A stretch of 29,323 nucleotides of DNA from Verrucomicrobiales bacterium (GTDB lineage Bacteria > Verrucomicrobiota > Verrucomicrobiia > Verrucomicrobiales > V1-33), in the NCBI GenBank assembly GCA_031411295.1, contig JANOAV010000133.1, positions 1-29,323 on the forward strand, given 5' to 3'. Below the pieces are notes generated by a model, which made no database searches, was not told the DNA's origin, and saw only the letters and a program-made list of their open reading frames with translations. This document shows, piece by piece, positions 27,452-29,323 of this stretch. Position numbers and translations under genes: made by a program. The number at the start of each line of letters is the position of its first letter. Within the stretch, counting starts at the first letter, position 1.

Positions 27452-27480
27452 AGTAACATCCTGCCCCAAACCGCGTGGAT
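27452..27480 (+). promoter_or_regulatory. Candidate ECF promoter upstream of the large surface protein
   Basis: AGTAACAT-N14-CGTGGAT: same boxes and spacing as the two kinase-proximal motifs, in otherwise non-homologous sequence, ~40 nt before ATG 27520. Confidence 0.6.
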
Positions 27481-27519
27481 ACCAGTTGAACCGTCATTTC
27501 AACCACTGCCATCCCCGTC

Positions 27520-29323
27520 ATGCGCCTCATCGTCCCTTTAGTCCTGTCCGTCCTTTTAGTCCTTCGCTCAGCCCAGGCTCAGGTCGTCCAATACACCGAC
27601 CGGGCCGCCTGGGAGGCGGCAGTGGTCGCGGCGGGCGGCGTGGTGAAGACGGAGAATTTCAACGACAACTCGACCTTTACCGGGGTGGACGAAGGAGTCG
27701 CGGTCGGGCCGCCGATTTCTTCCATGGTATTCGACACCGGCGATACCATGACCACGCCGTTGGTTAAGATTTACACGGAAATCGGCAGCGGCGGGCAGCA
27801 ATTCAGTTATTCCGATCCCGGGGGCACTTCCAATGAACAGACTGACGGCACGCCTTTCCTCTTTGGTTTTGGCACCAATGGCGGCGCTCCAAAAATCCGG
27901 ATCGAGCGCCCCACGGGTGGCGGCACGCTGGCGTGGGGGGTGGACTACCGAAAGAACTCAACCACCACCACCTGGCGGGCGGAACTCGTGCCCACGGTCG
28001 GCAGTGTCACGACTTACACGCTGCCGGCGGGTGCGGCGACCGGCTTCATAGGCTGGGTGGTTTCGGATGGTTATATTGATTTGAAAGCCCTGCGCTTGTT
28101 CACGCCCGCCGCCGGCTATGTTTATTGCGGCTACGATAACGTGAGCATGGGCGTCCCGTCACCAGGGACGCCTGAGGCCGACATCATTGTCGAGGCGCCA
28201 GCTCTGCTCCTCGATGGGGGGAGCAAAGACTTCGGCACACCAGTCAACGGCGTTCCGAATGATGTGATTTTCACCGCGCGGAACATTGGCACCGTGGACT
28301 TGACCGGTTTGGCGGTGACGCTGGACGGCGCCGACGCGGGCGCGTGGCAAATCGTCGCCCAGCCCTCTGCGACCCTGGCCGCTGGTGCGACGACCACGTG
28401 GACCATGCGCTTCGCCCCCACCACGACGGGGGCCAAGGTTGCCGCGCTTCATCTCGCCAGCAGCGTGGAACGGACGCGCAACCCCTACGATATCAATCTC
28501 ACCGGAGTGGGCGTCACCGAAATCGAAGTGCAGCAGCCAGCCGGATTGGTGGTGACGGACGGCGGCAGCAAAGCCTTGCCCGGCGTGAGCGTGGGGACGA
28601 GCCAGGACTTCGTCTTCACCGTGAAAAACCTCGGCTACAGCGATCTTGCCTTGGGGAATATCACCATCGACGGCCTGCACGCCGCCGAATTCTCCGTCAG
28701 CAGCAGTCCGGGCGCTTCGGTGTCCGGGGGCTCTACCACCACGTTCGCGATTCGCTTTGCGCCCACGTCGCTCGGCGCGAAATCGGCGGCCCTGCACTTC
28801 GCGAACAACGACGCGGATGAAAATCCTTTCGACCTGAACCTGACCGCCACAGCGCGTTCGTCTGTTTCCCTCAGCGGCTCGAGAACCATCGGACCGACCG
28901 GTGACTACGCCACGATCGGTGCGGCCATCGTCGCCGTGCAAACGAGCACGCTGACCGGCCCGCTCGTGCTGGAGCTTCAGCCCGCCTACGTCAGCAGTGT
29001 CGAGACCTTTCCGCTGGTCTTCACTGATCTGGGCACCACGGCGGAGAACACGGTCACTCTCCGTCCCCAGGCGGGGGCTGCGGGACTGGTCATCTCCAGT
29101 GCGGACACCACGGCGGCGACGATGGATTTGAATGGCGCGCAATTCCTCACGCTGGATGGCCGCCCCGGCGGCGTGGGGACGGCGAGGGAGTTGACGATTG
29201 AGAACACGAGCCCAGCCGGAGTGGCGCTGCGCTTCATCAACGAGGCGAGCGGCAATACTTTCCGATACGGCGCGTTCAAAGGAGTTAACACCAGCGGCAG
29301 CGGCGGCGTGGTACTCTTCAGCA
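27520..29323 (+). CDS. Large secreted/surface protein (partial): two choice-of-anchor-D/ASH-like Ig domains followed by a probable beta-helix region
   Basis: Not in the ORF track because it runs off the window. Manual translation is open from ATG 27520: MRLIVPLVLSVLLVLRSAQA signal; FTARNIGTVDL..RFAPTTTGAK..NPYDINLTG; FTVKNLGYSDL..RFAPTSLGAK..NNDADENPFDLNLT; then LSGSRTIGPTGDYATIGAAI. Confidence 0.88.
   Translation, partial: MRLIVPLVLSVLLVLRSAQAQVVQYTDRAAWEAAVVAAGGVVKTENFNDNSTFTGVDEGVAVGPPISSMVFDTGDTMTTPLVKIYTEIGSGGQQFSYSDPGGTSNEQTDGTPFLFGFGTNGGAPKIRIERPTGGGTLAWGVDYRKNSTTTTWRAELVPTVGSVTTYTLPAGAATGFIGWVVSDGYIDLKALRLFTPAAGYVYCGYDNVSMGVPSPGTPEADIIVEAPALLLDGGSKDFGTPVNGVPNDVIFTARNIGTVDLTGLAVTLDGADAGAWQIVAQPSATLAAGATTTWTMRFAPTTTGAKVAALHLASSVERTRNPYDINLTGVGVTEIEVQQPAGLVVTDGGSKALPGVSVGTSQDFVFTVKNLGYSDLALGNITIDGLHAAEFSVSSSPGASVSGGSTTTFAIRFAPTSLGAKSAALHFANNDADENPFDLNLTATARSSVSLSGSRTIGPTGDYATIGAAIVAVQTSTLTGPLVLELQPAYVSSVETFPLVFTDLGTTAENTVTLRPQAGAAGLVISSADTTAATMDLNGAQFLTLDGRPGGVGTARELTIENTSPAGVALRFINEASGNTFRYGAFKGVNTSGSGGVVLFS

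Noticed and set aside
740..29291. Long antisense or alternate-frame ORFs (e.g. 740-1429, 8472-9317, 11298-11990, 17030-17839, 28159-29142)
   Set aside because: They overlap well-supported genes, show no recognisable motifs, and are expected shadows in GC-rich coding DNA.
1..29323. Transposase, integrase, tRNA or rRNA genes
   Set aside because: No such motifs or structures were recognised in the window.

Overview
A 29.3-kb bacterial window whose protein families point to Verrucomicrobiota (inferred, not searched). (1) 335-2401: an exported protein built from two tandem secretin-like halves. (2) ~2560-7220: a truncated alpha/beta-hydrolase stub, then an AT-richer-looking island with a large secreted Ca-binding-repeat protein and two small exported proteins, arranged like a toxin/immunity locus. 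(3) 7392-8630: a helical/Fn3-like gene preceded by 14 gap-free degenerate 21-bp repeats that contain stops in all six frames. (4) 8682-16579: mostly ordinary genes (exported protein, ParA/Soj, D,D-carboxypeptidase, GT2, TPR protein, EF-hand protein, secreted protein). (5) 16755-27335: a diverged tandem duplication of [ECF sigma - membrane Ser/Thr kinase >< small gene - nucleotidyltransferase-like gene] with different extracytoplasmic sensor domains and reciprocal decay. In unit 1 the ECF is frameshifted and the kinase has a nonsense codon; in unit 2 the NTase is largely deleted. (6) 27520-end: a large surface protein missing from the ORF track. The motif GTAACAT-N14-CGTGRAT precedes both kinases and this surface protein, suggesting an ECF/kinase circuit and its target. 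All family calls come from motif recognition by eye; no searches were run.
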